From NCBI RefSeq assembly GCF_030144855.1, contig NC_082710.1, forward strand, positions 180,606,001 through 180,670,000: a DNA stretch of 64,000 nt, written 5' to 3'. Each line of letters starts with the position of its first letter. Within the stretch, counting starts at the first letter, position 1. Made by a program: the position numbers and the translations under genes. The DNA comes from Hypanus sabinus. Lineage: Eukaryota. The notes under the pieces were generated by a model. It did no database searches. It saw only the letters and a program-made list of their open reading frames with translations, and was not told the DNA's origin. Below are positions 1 through 10,127 of the stretch, piece after piece.

Positions 1-820
1 CTCACACAAACCAGTGCGTAGCGGTTAGTAAATTGCCCTGCGATTAGGCTGGTGTTATATCACTGGGGTGCTGGCTGGGGTGGTTCGTTGGTCTGGAAGA
101 GCCTGTTCTATATGTTTCTCTAAATCAAATAAGACAAATAATTAGAAAGTAAGTAAGCATCGAAACAGTGACCAGTGCCCAGCACTGGCCAAGACACTGA
201 GGAATCTGTTCTGTCCTAGTACGGCTCACCGAGAGACCCACCTAACAGGAGACAGCACTGATGGAGGTCTCTCTCAGCTGGGTGCTGCCCCTGACGTTGG
301 ATGTCCGGCGCCCTTGCCTGGGGCACGAACTTACGAATTTCTGACGTGCAGGAACTAAGGGGTTAGCAATTCGTGCCCGAGCGCCTATGGAGAGAGATGT
401 TCTGGGACTGCTAGGCACCACGGGAGTTAAATTGTAGCTTAGATGAGGCTGGGGATATTTCAGTTCAGGAACAAATGCGATTTTGCAGAGGCCTAAAATC
501 CAAAGTAACGCACACAAAATGCTGGAGGAACTCAGCAGTTCAGGCGGCGTCCATGGATATGAATAAACTGCCTATGTTTTGGGCTGAGTCCCCTCATCAG
601 GATGGGAAAGGGAGAGGGATCACTGATACGCTGGAACTAAGGGGTTAGAAATTCGGCCGTGCTGGGCAGCACTCGGTGCACACCTCAGTGCTCGCCTAGC
701 CGCCTGCACCGGAAATTAGATCCTCGCAAAATCACCGGGTCCAGAACGTTTAACCACTCATGACTGACACCGGGGATAATACTTATGCACGAAAACATTC
801 CCGTTACAAAGAGTTATTAC

Positions 821-937
821 CTTTTTGCGAAGCCTGAGCTGCCCCGTGAGTATTGCCACGGCGAACATCTTCAGGAGCAGGAGCACGGAGTAGAAAACGT
901 AAGAACAAAAGGCTTCATTCTGCAAGTTCAGAATCAT
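821..937 (-). CDS. PTGES: Prostaglandin E synthase (mPGES-1, MAPEG family), coding exon 1
   Basis: Translates MILNLQNEAFCSYVFYSVLLLLKMFAVAILTGQLRLRKK, matching the PTGES motif K-M-[YF]-x-[VI]-A-I-[IL]-T-G-Q-x-R-L-R-K-K. It ends at a phase-0 donor AAG|GTAATA (G at 820), the same position as the first intron of vertebrate PTGES. An in-frame upstream ATG exists at 979. Exon 2 (ANPED motif) is not in 1-820, so it lies outside the window. Confidence 0.9.
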
Positions 938-988
938 CTTGGCTGACAATTGCTGTTGTCTCTCTGCCTCCAGGGACATCTTCTTCCA

Positions 989-996
989 TATTTATA
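989..996 (-). promoter_or_regulatory. TATA box (TATAAATA) of PTGES
   Basis: Minus strand reads CCCACCC...ctatagcTATAAATAtggaagaagATG. A CACCC box sits at 1014-1020 and the surrounding sequence (about 640-990) is CpG-enriched. Confidence 0.6.
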
Positions 997-1650
997 GCTA
1001 TAGTAGAGGAAGAGGGTGGGTGTTAACGCTGAATGATGAAAAATCTGCTAACCTGCTGGGACTTGTGTAAGTAATCGGTTCTAGGCGGATATGACAAACT
1101 ATTAGTGCTAAGCCGGGAGAAGAACAGAAAGTACAATTTCTCTACCCTCCACCAACTGAAGCAAGACATTATTATTCAGAGCGGAAGTTTCAAATGGATG
1201 GTTGCAACAAAGCTTGTTGCTGGAACGGCTGTGACATAGCAGCTTGCTTCTTTAGATAATCACAGATCTCACATCTGAATGTAATTGCTGTTCTTTCTCC
1301 AACACCCTACAATTTTCACTGAAACCGTATCCAAATCTGAATCTCCTGAATCGCACTATGCTCTCTCCTCGCTGCTAACCAGAGCAATAACTTGACTCAA
1401 CTTTAGTCGCCCCATCATTGAACTGTTCCCAAACTGAAGGACTCAGTTTCAGGGACTCCTCATCTCATGTTCTCGATATTTATTGCTTTTATAATTAATC
1501 ATTGATTCGATTGTGTTTCTTAGTATCAACAGTGAATGTCCATAAAAAATGAATCTCAGGGTTGTATAAGGTGACATATGTGTAGTTTGGTAATAAATTT
1601 ACTTTGAACAGTCTCTTCTTAATGAATTCACCGAGAAAGCTCTGGTTCAA

Positions 1651-1802
1651 GTAACACACACAAAATGCTGAAGGAACCCAGCAGGCCAGGCAGCACCTAT
1701 GGAAAAAAGTACAGTTAATGTTTTGGGTCGAACATCAACTGTACTTTTTTCCATAGATGCTGCCTGGCCTGCTGAGTCCCTCCAGCATTTTGTGTGTGTT
1801 AC
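1651..1802. mobile_element. Penelope-derived palindromic element (72-bp inverted arms, 8-nt loop)
   Basis: Arms 1651-1722 and 1731-1802 are reverse complements with 5 mismatches. The sequence is the PLE terminal repeat also found at 43620-43690. Confidence 0.75.
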
Positions 1803-2149
1803 TCGAATTTCCAGCATCTACAGAATTTCTCTTGTTTAAGATCTGGTTGGAAATGTGACTCTATCTAAATGCAAAGGTTTAGAAGGATATGGTACTAGCT
1901 CAGATAGGCAGCTTGGTAAGCAAGGATGAGATGGGCCAAATGGCCTATTCCCATGCTGTATAACTCCATAAATATGACTCTATGAACTTTCCCCTTAACT
2001 CTGAAAATCAAGATTATGTGTGGCTGATGGTCTGCATAGACTCGACAACATGTAGGATTGAAAGAGGCTTCAGAAGGTTGTAGACTCAGTCAACTTCGTC
2101 AAAGTTCAAGGTAAATTTATTAGCAAAGTATGTATATGTCAGCATATAC

Positions 2150-2928
2150 TACCTTGAGATTTATTTTCTTGTAGGCATTCACAGCAGAACAAAGATCAAG
2201 GAATTGATTGTAGATTTCAGGAGAAGGAAACAAGAGGTCCATGAGCCAGACCTCATTGAAGGATCATAGGTGGAAAGCATCAGTAAATTCCTGAATGCCA
2301 CTATCTCAGTGGACCAATCCAGGACCCATCATATCAATGTAGTTGCAAAGAACGTACAACAGTGCCTTTACTTCCTTTGAATGCTGTGGAGTTTTGGCAT
2401 GACATCAAAAACCTTGACAAACTTTTATTAATGTGTGGTGGAAAGTGCATTGATTGGCTGCATTATGGCCTGATTTGGTAACCCCAATGCCGTTGTATGA
2501 AAAATCCTACAAAAGCTAGTGGCTATGGCCCAGTATATAATAGGTAAAGCCCTCCCAACCATTGAGCACATCTACATAAAATCTGTCGTAGGAAAGCAGC
2601 ATCCATCAAAGATCCTCACCACCCAGGCCAGGCTCTTTCCTCATTGCTGCCATCAAAGGTACAAGTGCCTCAGGACTAACATCAACAGGTTCAAAAACTG
2701 TTACCACCCCTCATTCATCAGCTCTTGAACAAAAGAGTTAAATTACACTTATCTATTATAAGTTCCCACAACAGATTATCTCACTTTAAAGACTCTTTAT
2801 CATACTTCCATGCTTTTAAAATGTCATTCATCTTGTTTACATTTACTGTTTTATAGATTTGCTGAGTATACCAGCTGGAAAATGAATCTCAGGGTTGTAT
2901 TTGGTGACATGTATGTACTCTGATAATA
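2150..2928 (+). mobile_element. Rex1/Babar-type LINE 3' fragment, interrupted by the CR1 at 2929-4021
   Basis: Degenerate ELIVDFRR...LYFL..L.SFG...LTNFY.C.VES RT C-terminus plus the family 3' UTR. The tail TTTACTTTGAACTTTG resumes at about 4036-4054. Confidence 0.7.
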
Positions 2929-4021
2929 CAGAACATAGAACATAGAGTAGTACAGCACATTACAGGCCCTTCGGCCCACAATGTTGTGCTGACCCTCAAC
3001 CCTGCCTCCCATATAACGCCCCACCTTAAATTCCTCCATATACCTGTCTAGTAGTCTCTTAAACTTCACTAGTGTTTCTGCCTCCACCACTGACTCAGGC
3101 AGTGCATTCCATGCACCAACCACTCTCTGAGTGAAAAACCTTCCTCTGATATCCCCCTTGAACTTCCCTCCCATTACCTTAAAGCCATGTCCTCTTGTAC
3201 TGAGCAGTGGTGCCCTGGGGAAGAGGCGCTGGCTGTCCACTCTGTCTATTCCTCTTAATATCTTGTCTCCTCTCACCCTCCTTCTCTCCAAAGAGTAAAG
3301 CCCTAGCTCCCTTAATCTCTGATCATAATGCATACTCTCTAAACCAGGCAGCATTCTGGTAAATCTCCTCTATACCCTTTCCAATGCTTCCACATCCTTC
3401 CTATACTGAGGCGACCAGAACTGGACACAGTACTCCAAGTGTGGCCTAACTAGAGTTTTATAGAGCTGCATCATTACATTGCGACTCTTAAACTCTATCC
3501 CTTGACTTATGAAAGCCAACAACCCATAAGCTTTCTTAACTACCCTATCTATCTGTGAGGCAACTTTCAGGGGTCTGTGGACATGTGCCCCCAGATCCCT
3601 CTGCTCCTCCACACTACCAAGTATCCTGCCATTTACTTTGTACTCTGCCTTGGAGTTTGTCCTTCCAAAGTGTACTACCTCACACTTCTCCAGGTTGAAC
3701 TCCATCTGCCACTTCTCAACCCAATTCTGCATCCTATCAATGTCTCTCTGCAATCTTCCATAATCCTCTACACTATCTACAACACCACCAACCTTTGTGT
3801 CATCTGCAAACTTGCCAACCCACCCTTCTACCCCCACATCCAGGTTGTTAATAAAAATCACAAAAAGTAGAGGTCCCAGAACAGATCCTTGTGGGACACC
3901 ACTAGTCACAACCCTCCAATCCGAATGTACTCCCTCCACCACGACCCTCTGCCTTCTGCAGGCAAGCCAATTCTGAATCCACCTGGCCAAACTTCCCTGG
4001 ATCCCATGCCTTCTGAGTTTC
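2929..4021 (-). mobile_element. CR1 LINE, 5'-truncated (RT C-terminus and 3' UTR)
   Basis: ORFs 3370-3990 and 2851-3354 contain [20 protein letters not shown] and RPHLEYCVQFWSP. There is a (TATGTTC)n tail at about 2929-2946. Confidence 0.9.
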
Positions 4022-4829
4022 TGACCTTCTGACTATATTTTACTTTGAACTTTGCTACCATCAGACCCACACTCAATGATTCAGGAACAGCTTCTCCTCC
4101 ATCATCAGATTTCTGGATAGTCCCTGAACAGCTGAGCATTATTTCATCATCCCCTCTTTTTGTGCTATGTATTTATTCTTTGGATTTGTAGTAATTTTAT
4201 GTCTTTGCATTACACTGCAAGTTTCATGCCACCTACGTCAATGGTAATTAACCTGATCTGACTTTGACAGAATCTCATTGGATGGCAATATTGGTCCACA
4301 ACTGCTCTTTCTACCTTACAGAGAGGAAAAAATCAACCACGCCCTGTGTATTTTCGCATTCTTCTGATCCTGGATTAAAAAGAGGAATCATTGAAGAATG
4401 CATGCATCTAACTTCTGTTGAAAGAGCAGTGTATATGTTCAAGAGTGTAACTTCAGGCTATGAGAAACAGGTGTGTGAACAAGTCAGGGCCCAACACCAC
4501 TCTGGCTTCTCCAGTGTCTCTTTGCTGAATATAGCTGTTTTGTCTAGAGAGGGAGAGCTTGATTCTTATTTTCCAAATGTTGATACCTGACAACATTCTC
4601 AGCACTCTCTCCAGCCCAGTGCAAATGGTAATTTATGTGTATTTCTCCAAATGTGTCGAATTTCTGTGGGAATTGCAAATTCTGTGGGAATGGAGGAAGA
4701 ACAAAATGGAGATTAGAGTAAGTGGGTGATTGATGGTCAGTGGGTTCGGTGGGACAAAGGGTCTACTTCTATGCTATGTGAGTCCTTTAACAACGCCACC
4801 AAAGAGCTTGGGAGCCAGCAGGCTGAAAA

Positions 4830-5570
4830 CAGAACCACAAGAGATTCTGGAGATGCTGGAAATCCAGAGTAACACACACAAAGTGCTGGCAAAATTCAGC
4901 AGGTCAGGAAGAAGCTATGGAGAGGAATAACCAACTGACGTTTGCAGTACTGATTGTCACAACCAGGGATCACTTAAAAAAAGATTTTGTCAGTTAGCAT
5001 GTGGAATGTATTCCCTCAGTGTCAGTTCATGAGCCTGCATTGTCCTTGGTTTGGTTTCCTTTCTTGTCTAATCATTTGTCTTTGCACCAGCTCTGGTTTT
5101 TCACTTTAGTTTGCATTTGGGATCATTAGAATTGTAAACTCTTCATTCAATTTTATTTATTCAATTTGGGATAATTTGATTAGTATGGTGTCATCTGTGC
5201 CTGTAATTCCTATATGCTCCAGGGTGCATTTCAGGTGGACATGACAATCCCTCTTTGCTGGGATGTTGTAGTTCCCTGTGGGATGAAACTCAGACTGAGT
5301 CCTTGTGTGTATCCTCAGTGACTTCTGTCCGTCAAGATCACGTATAGTTTGGCTGAGCTTTTGTTAGGTTTTCTAGTAATACTAATTTATGTAATAAATC
5401 CTTAGTATTGTTTGACTTGCCAAAATCTGTGATTATTGCACTTGAATTTGCAAGTATTCCTCACACTGATAGAGGGTGCCAGCCCAAAACGTTGACTGTT
5501 TATCCTCTCTGTAGATGCCACCTGACCTGCTGAATTCCTACAGCATTTTGTGTGAGAATCTCTTGTGTTT
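4830..5570. mobile_element. Penelope-derived inverted-repeat element with a decayed hammerhead, split by a solo LTR
   Basis: Left arm about 4830-4945, right arm about 5490-5570. CTGAT...AGGG..CCC AAAA CGTT GAC remnant at 5466-5496. Confidence 0.65.
4955..5465 (+). mobile_element. Solo LTR (511 bp)
   Basis: Starts TGT, ends ACA, has AATAAA near its 3' end, and is flanked by an exact 5-bp TSD CTGAT (4950-4954 and 5466-5470). Confidence 0.75.
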
Positions 5571-5789
5571 ATGAGGTAGCGCTCATAGGTCCATAGACAA
5601 TTTGGATGGTAGAATGGTGGAAGTTGTTTCTGAATTGTTAACAATAGTAACACTCCCAGAGATTGGGGAAAACAGTGATGATAACACCATTAAATGTGCA
5701 GGATACTCAGGGGAAGGGAGTGTGTTGTTCTTACTAGTTCTCCTATACCTGACTCCAGACCGATCAGCTCACAATGCAGAATAACCGGG

Positions 5790-6480
5790 TTGGTTGCATC
5801 ATGGCCTTTTTGGAAAATCAAATGCCCTTGAATAGAAAAGCCTAGAAAAAGTGGTGGATACGGCCAAGTCCATAAAAAGAAAAGCCATCCCCACCGTTGC
5901 TGCAAATAATCTATGAGAAGCGCTGGCATAAGAAAGACCCACACCATCCACACCATGCTCTCTTCTCATTGCTATCATCAGGAAGCAGGTACAGGAGCTT
6001 TAGTTCCCACAAGGTTCATCAACAGATATCACCCAACAACCACCAGGCTCCTGAGCCAGTTTGGAAACTTCACTCACCTCAACACTGGACTCACTTACAA
6101 GGAGGACACTGCAATTCACGTTCTCAGTATTATCCCCAATACTGTGCAAAAGTCTTAGGCACATACTGTATATACAGCTAGGGTGCCTAAGACTTTTGCA
6201 CAGCACTGTAGTAATTATATGTATTGCACTGTACTGTTGCTGCAAATAAACTTTTTTTATTATTATTAGAGCTAGATAAATAGATAGGTAGATTGTTGTT
6301 AGTTACTATTATTTGATATTCTTTGTATTTGCATAATTTGTCTTTTGCACGTTGCTTGTTTGTAAGTCTCAATGCTTCTGTTGTACGTCTTTGATCTACT
6401 GTGAATGCCTGCAAGAAAATGAATCTCAGGGTGGTATCTGGTGATATATAGGTACTTTGATAATACATTTACTTTGAACT
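5790..6480 (+). mobile_element. Rex1/Babar-type LINE 3' fragments
   Basis: Degenerate RT C-terminus followed by the GAAAATGAATCTCAGGG...TTTACTTTGAAC family tail. Confidence 0.55.
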
Positions 6481-6559
6481 CAGTGTCATAATTTTAGGGG
6501 CAGCTAAAGTTGTCTGCGGTGTTCTTTAGGATTGCATAAAGGATGTGCTTAATTTCCTT

Positions 6560-7340
6560 CTTTGATTGAATCAGCCGTGGTCAGTTACGTCACTGGTAGT
6601 AACCGTGTGGCAACAACGCACACGAAGACATCTGTCAGGGAAAACCCGACTCTCAGACCTTCCTGTTGAGTTGCTTCGCGCAGGCGACGTTGTGCCAACC
6701 GGGAAGTTACCAGCTGGAGAAAAGTGTGTGTGCAGCACAAAAACCTGAGGCAGATGTATGCAAAGCAGCAGCTCCAAGGTGGGGTTTGAAGGAAGGGTTG
6801 CATTTGCCCATAGCCTCAGACCATGCATGATCGCGTTGACAGCCAACGCAACCTCAGGATGTGCTGGGGCAGGTCGCAAGTGTAGTCAAACAACCCACCC
6901 ACCTCTGCACAAGATCCCACACCGCCTGTCTCTTCCTGTGGCGCTGCTTTTGCTGTTAGTCAGTGCCTGAGGAAGTTTGCGCCCATCTCTGCATTCGGGA
7001 AGGATTTCAGATTCACGCAGATGGAGTGAACCGAAGTAGGGGTTCTCTGAGAGACGGACTCCGACAATCACTGACCTGCCTTGCGCAGCCCTCTCCTGTC
7101 GACTGTCCGAAGTAACCAGGTTGTCTGTCCTGCTGCTGACGAGAGCTTGACCTTCCAGAACCGAGCTGCTCAATCCGAACGCTACCCGGCAGCGGAACGC
7201 CATGGACTTGTCCCTGGTTGCACTTTTCCTTGCATTTATACTGTGTTTTGCAGTCTTTTCCTTCACTTTCTTCTGTAGAATATCGTAACTTGTTGCCTGT
7301 ACTGACGTAATTGCGGAAATATTTCCCCGCCCCCTCCACC
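6560..7340. promoter_or_regulatory. Non-repetitive CpG-rich island, candidate distal enhancer or promoter
   Basis: TTACGTCA (6585-6592), TGACGTAA (7303-7310), ATTGCGGAAA (7310-7319), palindrome GGAAATATTTCC (7315-7326) and a GC box (7325-7333). No similarity to the surrounding repeat families was seen. Confidence 0.4.
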
Positions 7341-7469
7341 AGTTAACTAAGCATCTCAACCCTCTTTAAGTAAGTATTTTTAAGTTAGAAATACAGCAAC
7401 CCTTCTCGCCTTACGAGGTGGAGCTGTCCAAGTAACTCATTAACTAACAATTAAATATTTGGAATGTGA

Positions 7470-8015
7470 GACCATAAGACACAGGAGCAGAATTAGGCCG
7501 TCTGGCCCATCCAGTCTGCTCCATTCACTCATAGCTGAGCCTTTTTTTTTCTTCTCCTCAGCTCCAGTTCCCGACCTTCTCCCCGTAACCTTTGATGCCG
7601 TGTCCAATCAAGAACCTATCACTCTCTGCCTTAGATACATTCAACCTGGCCTCCGCAGCCGTGTGTGGCAACAAATTCCACAAATTCACCACTGTTTGGC
7701 TAAAGAAATTTCTTGGCATCTCTGTTTTGAAAGGACACTTCCCCCCCCCCCCCCCACCATCCTGAGGCTGTGCCCTCTTGTCCTAGACTCTCCCACCATG
7801 GGGAACTTCCTTTCCATATCTACTCTGTCTAGGCCTTTCAACATTTGAAAGGTTTCAATGAAATCGCCCCTCATCCTTCTGTAGAGACCCAGAGCCATCA
7901 AACATTCCTCGTATGCTAACCCTTTCATTCCTGGAATCATCCTTGTGAATCTCATCTGGACCCTCTCCAATGCCAGCACATCTTTGCTAAGATGAGGAGC
8001 CCAAAAGTGTTCACA
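7470..8015 (-). mobile_element. CR1 LINE 3' fragment
   Basis: ORF 7686-8069 reads FWAPHLSKDVLALERVQMRF...GLDRVD...ESRTRGHSL, followed by the CR1 3' UTR. Confidence 0.85.
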
Positions 8016-8806
8016 AAACTCGGTAGTTATCTCTTCAGCGGTTTGAATAGGACACGATAGCACAAGCACATGGAGGTCGCCCAGTGAGAACAGCGGGAAG
8101 AGTTTAAAAAGAAGACAGCTTTACAGAGGAGTAGTGGGAGACAGAGTAGGAGGGCTTTGGCTCAACGGGGCTTAGGCAATAAGGGTCGAGGCGAGGTAGG
8201 TTATCTGTTTAGAATACAGACAGAAAGTATGTGTGTGAGGCCAGCTTTCTGTGCTCAGTGTCAGATGTGAGAGGTTCTGGAGACTCCCAGCCTCACGGAT
8301 GGCCGCATCTACACCAGTTATGTCGAGCTGCAGCTCCTTAGGGGCCACGTTAGGGAACTGGAGATGCAGCTCGATGACCTTCATCTGGTCAGGGAGAGTG
8401 AGGAAGTGATAGAGAGGAGCTAAAGGCAGGTAGTCACTCCGGGGTCTGGGGAGACAAATAAGTGGGTAACAGTCAGGAGAGGGAAGGGCAGGAATCAGAT
8501 GCTAGAGAGTATCCCAGTGGCTGCCCCCTCCTGTTTGAGTACTGCTGGGGGAGACGACCTACCTGCAGGAAGGTTGCACCTCTGGCACAGAGTCTGGCCC
8601 TGTGGCTCAGAAGGGTAGGGAAAGGAGGAGGATGCCAGCCGTGATAGGGAACTCTATAGTTAGGGGGTCAGACAGGTGATTCTGTGGATGCAGGAAAGGG
8701 GCGCGAATGGTAGTTTGCCTCAAAGGTGCCAGGGTCGGGGAGGTTTCCGATCACATCCACAATATCCTGAAGTGGGAATGTGAACAGCCAGAGGTCATGG
8801 CACACA

Positions 8807-9293
8807 TGAGAGATGATTGATAAGTTTGTGGCCTAAGGTAGAAGGAGTCAATTTTAGAAAACCTAGCACATTTATTTTTCAACATAGTCCCCTTCTACAT
8901 GTACACACTTAGTCCAGCTGTCATGGAGCAAACGAATCTCTTCTTTGGAGAAGTGGTCCACAGCAGGGGTGATTTATAAGTTCATTGCCTAAGGTAGAAG
9001 GAGGTGAGTTATACAGCTCTTGTTACATGCACATGCAGTTCAACTCTTTGAGTGAAAATGCAGAAAGTTTGAAATTAAAAACTCATCTCCTTCTACCTTA
9101 GGCCACAAACTTATCAATCACCCCATGCTGTGGACCACTTCGAGAGGTCCAAGACGCTGACTTCTACAAAGAAGGTATCCGTATGCTCCACGACCGCTGG
9201 ACTAAGTGTGTAAATGTAGGAAAAATAAATGTGCAAGATTTTCTAAAATTGATTCCTTCTATCTTAGGCCATGAATTTATCAATCACCTCTCG
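8807..9293. mobile_element. Mariner-derived palindromic non-autonomous element with four TIR copies
   Basis: Outer TIRs (C/T)GAGAG(A/G)TGATTGATAA at 8807 and 9293, inner TIRs at about 8967 and 9125. Both arms carry the mariner transposase C-terminus (FYKEGIRMLHDRWTKCV...GDYVEK*). Confidence 0.8.
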
Positions 9294-9794
9294 CATTGCT
9301 ACCAATGACATAGGTAGGAAAAGGAAGGAGGTTCTGAAAACAGACTACAGGGTGGTGTGAAGGAAGTTGAGAAACAGGATTCAAAGGTAGTAATCTCAGG
9401 ATTACTGCCTGTGCCACATTACAGTAAGTACTGTATAGGAATAGAATGAGGTGGAGGATAAATGCATGGCCGAGGGATTGGAGCAGGGGGCAGGGATTTG
9501 GATTTCTGGTTCATTGGGACCTCTTCTGGAGCAGGTGTGACCTCTACGAAAAGGACAGGTTGCACTTATATCTGAAGGGGACCAGCATCCTGGTGGGGAA
9601 GTTTGGAAAGGCTACTGGGGAGAGTTTAAGCTAGAATTGCTGAGGGGTGGGAACTGAACAGAAGTGACCAAGGAAAGGGAGGTTGGCTTACAAATACAGA
9701 AAGCTTGGAGACAGTGCAAAAGGGAGGATAGGCAGGTGATAGAGAAGGGATGCGCTCAGACTGATGGTTTGAGATGCGTCTATTTTAATGCGAG

Positions 9795-10127
9795 TGTCAT
9801 GGTCCTGTCAGGCAATTCCCTATTACCTCTTTAATTGGGCCCTAACTCCCTTGCCTGATTTCCAATCATTCCCAGTTCAGCAAATTACACACAATTGCTT
9901 CCCAGTAACTGCAGGACAAAAGCCCTGTTATCACAACAAGGAGCTGCCAGCTCGTTGGTTGACTCTGGTGTGAGTAACCTTGTTTCATGGTTCACAGGAC
10001 TGCCAATTCTAAGTCTAGCATTGCTCCTGGATACCGATTCCATGCTCGCTATGTCGATAATGCCTCCTGACTGCCTCCGCACCCGTGTTCTGCACTTGGG
10101 TTCGTTCACTGCCATGTTTGTGTAACA
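9795..10127. mobile_element. LTR-like insertion (333 bp) in the CR1 ORF2 start
   Basis: TGTCATG...TGTAACA termini interrupt CR1 YFNAR|SMRSKVDEL. No matching TSD was found. Confidence 0.4.

Noticed and set aside
242-517. IANP in ORF 242-517 as PTGES exon 2 (FANPED)
   Set aside because: No ED, no further similarity and no suitable acceptor. It is part of a roughly 24-bp direct repeat (about 350-373 and 632-655).
758-979. MGST1 as the identity of the MAPEG exon, and the full 73-aa ORF as the CDS
   Set aside because: The AILTGQLRLRKK motif is PTGES-specific. The ORF tail beyond 821 is intron read-through, and ATG 979 is probably upstream of the TSS.
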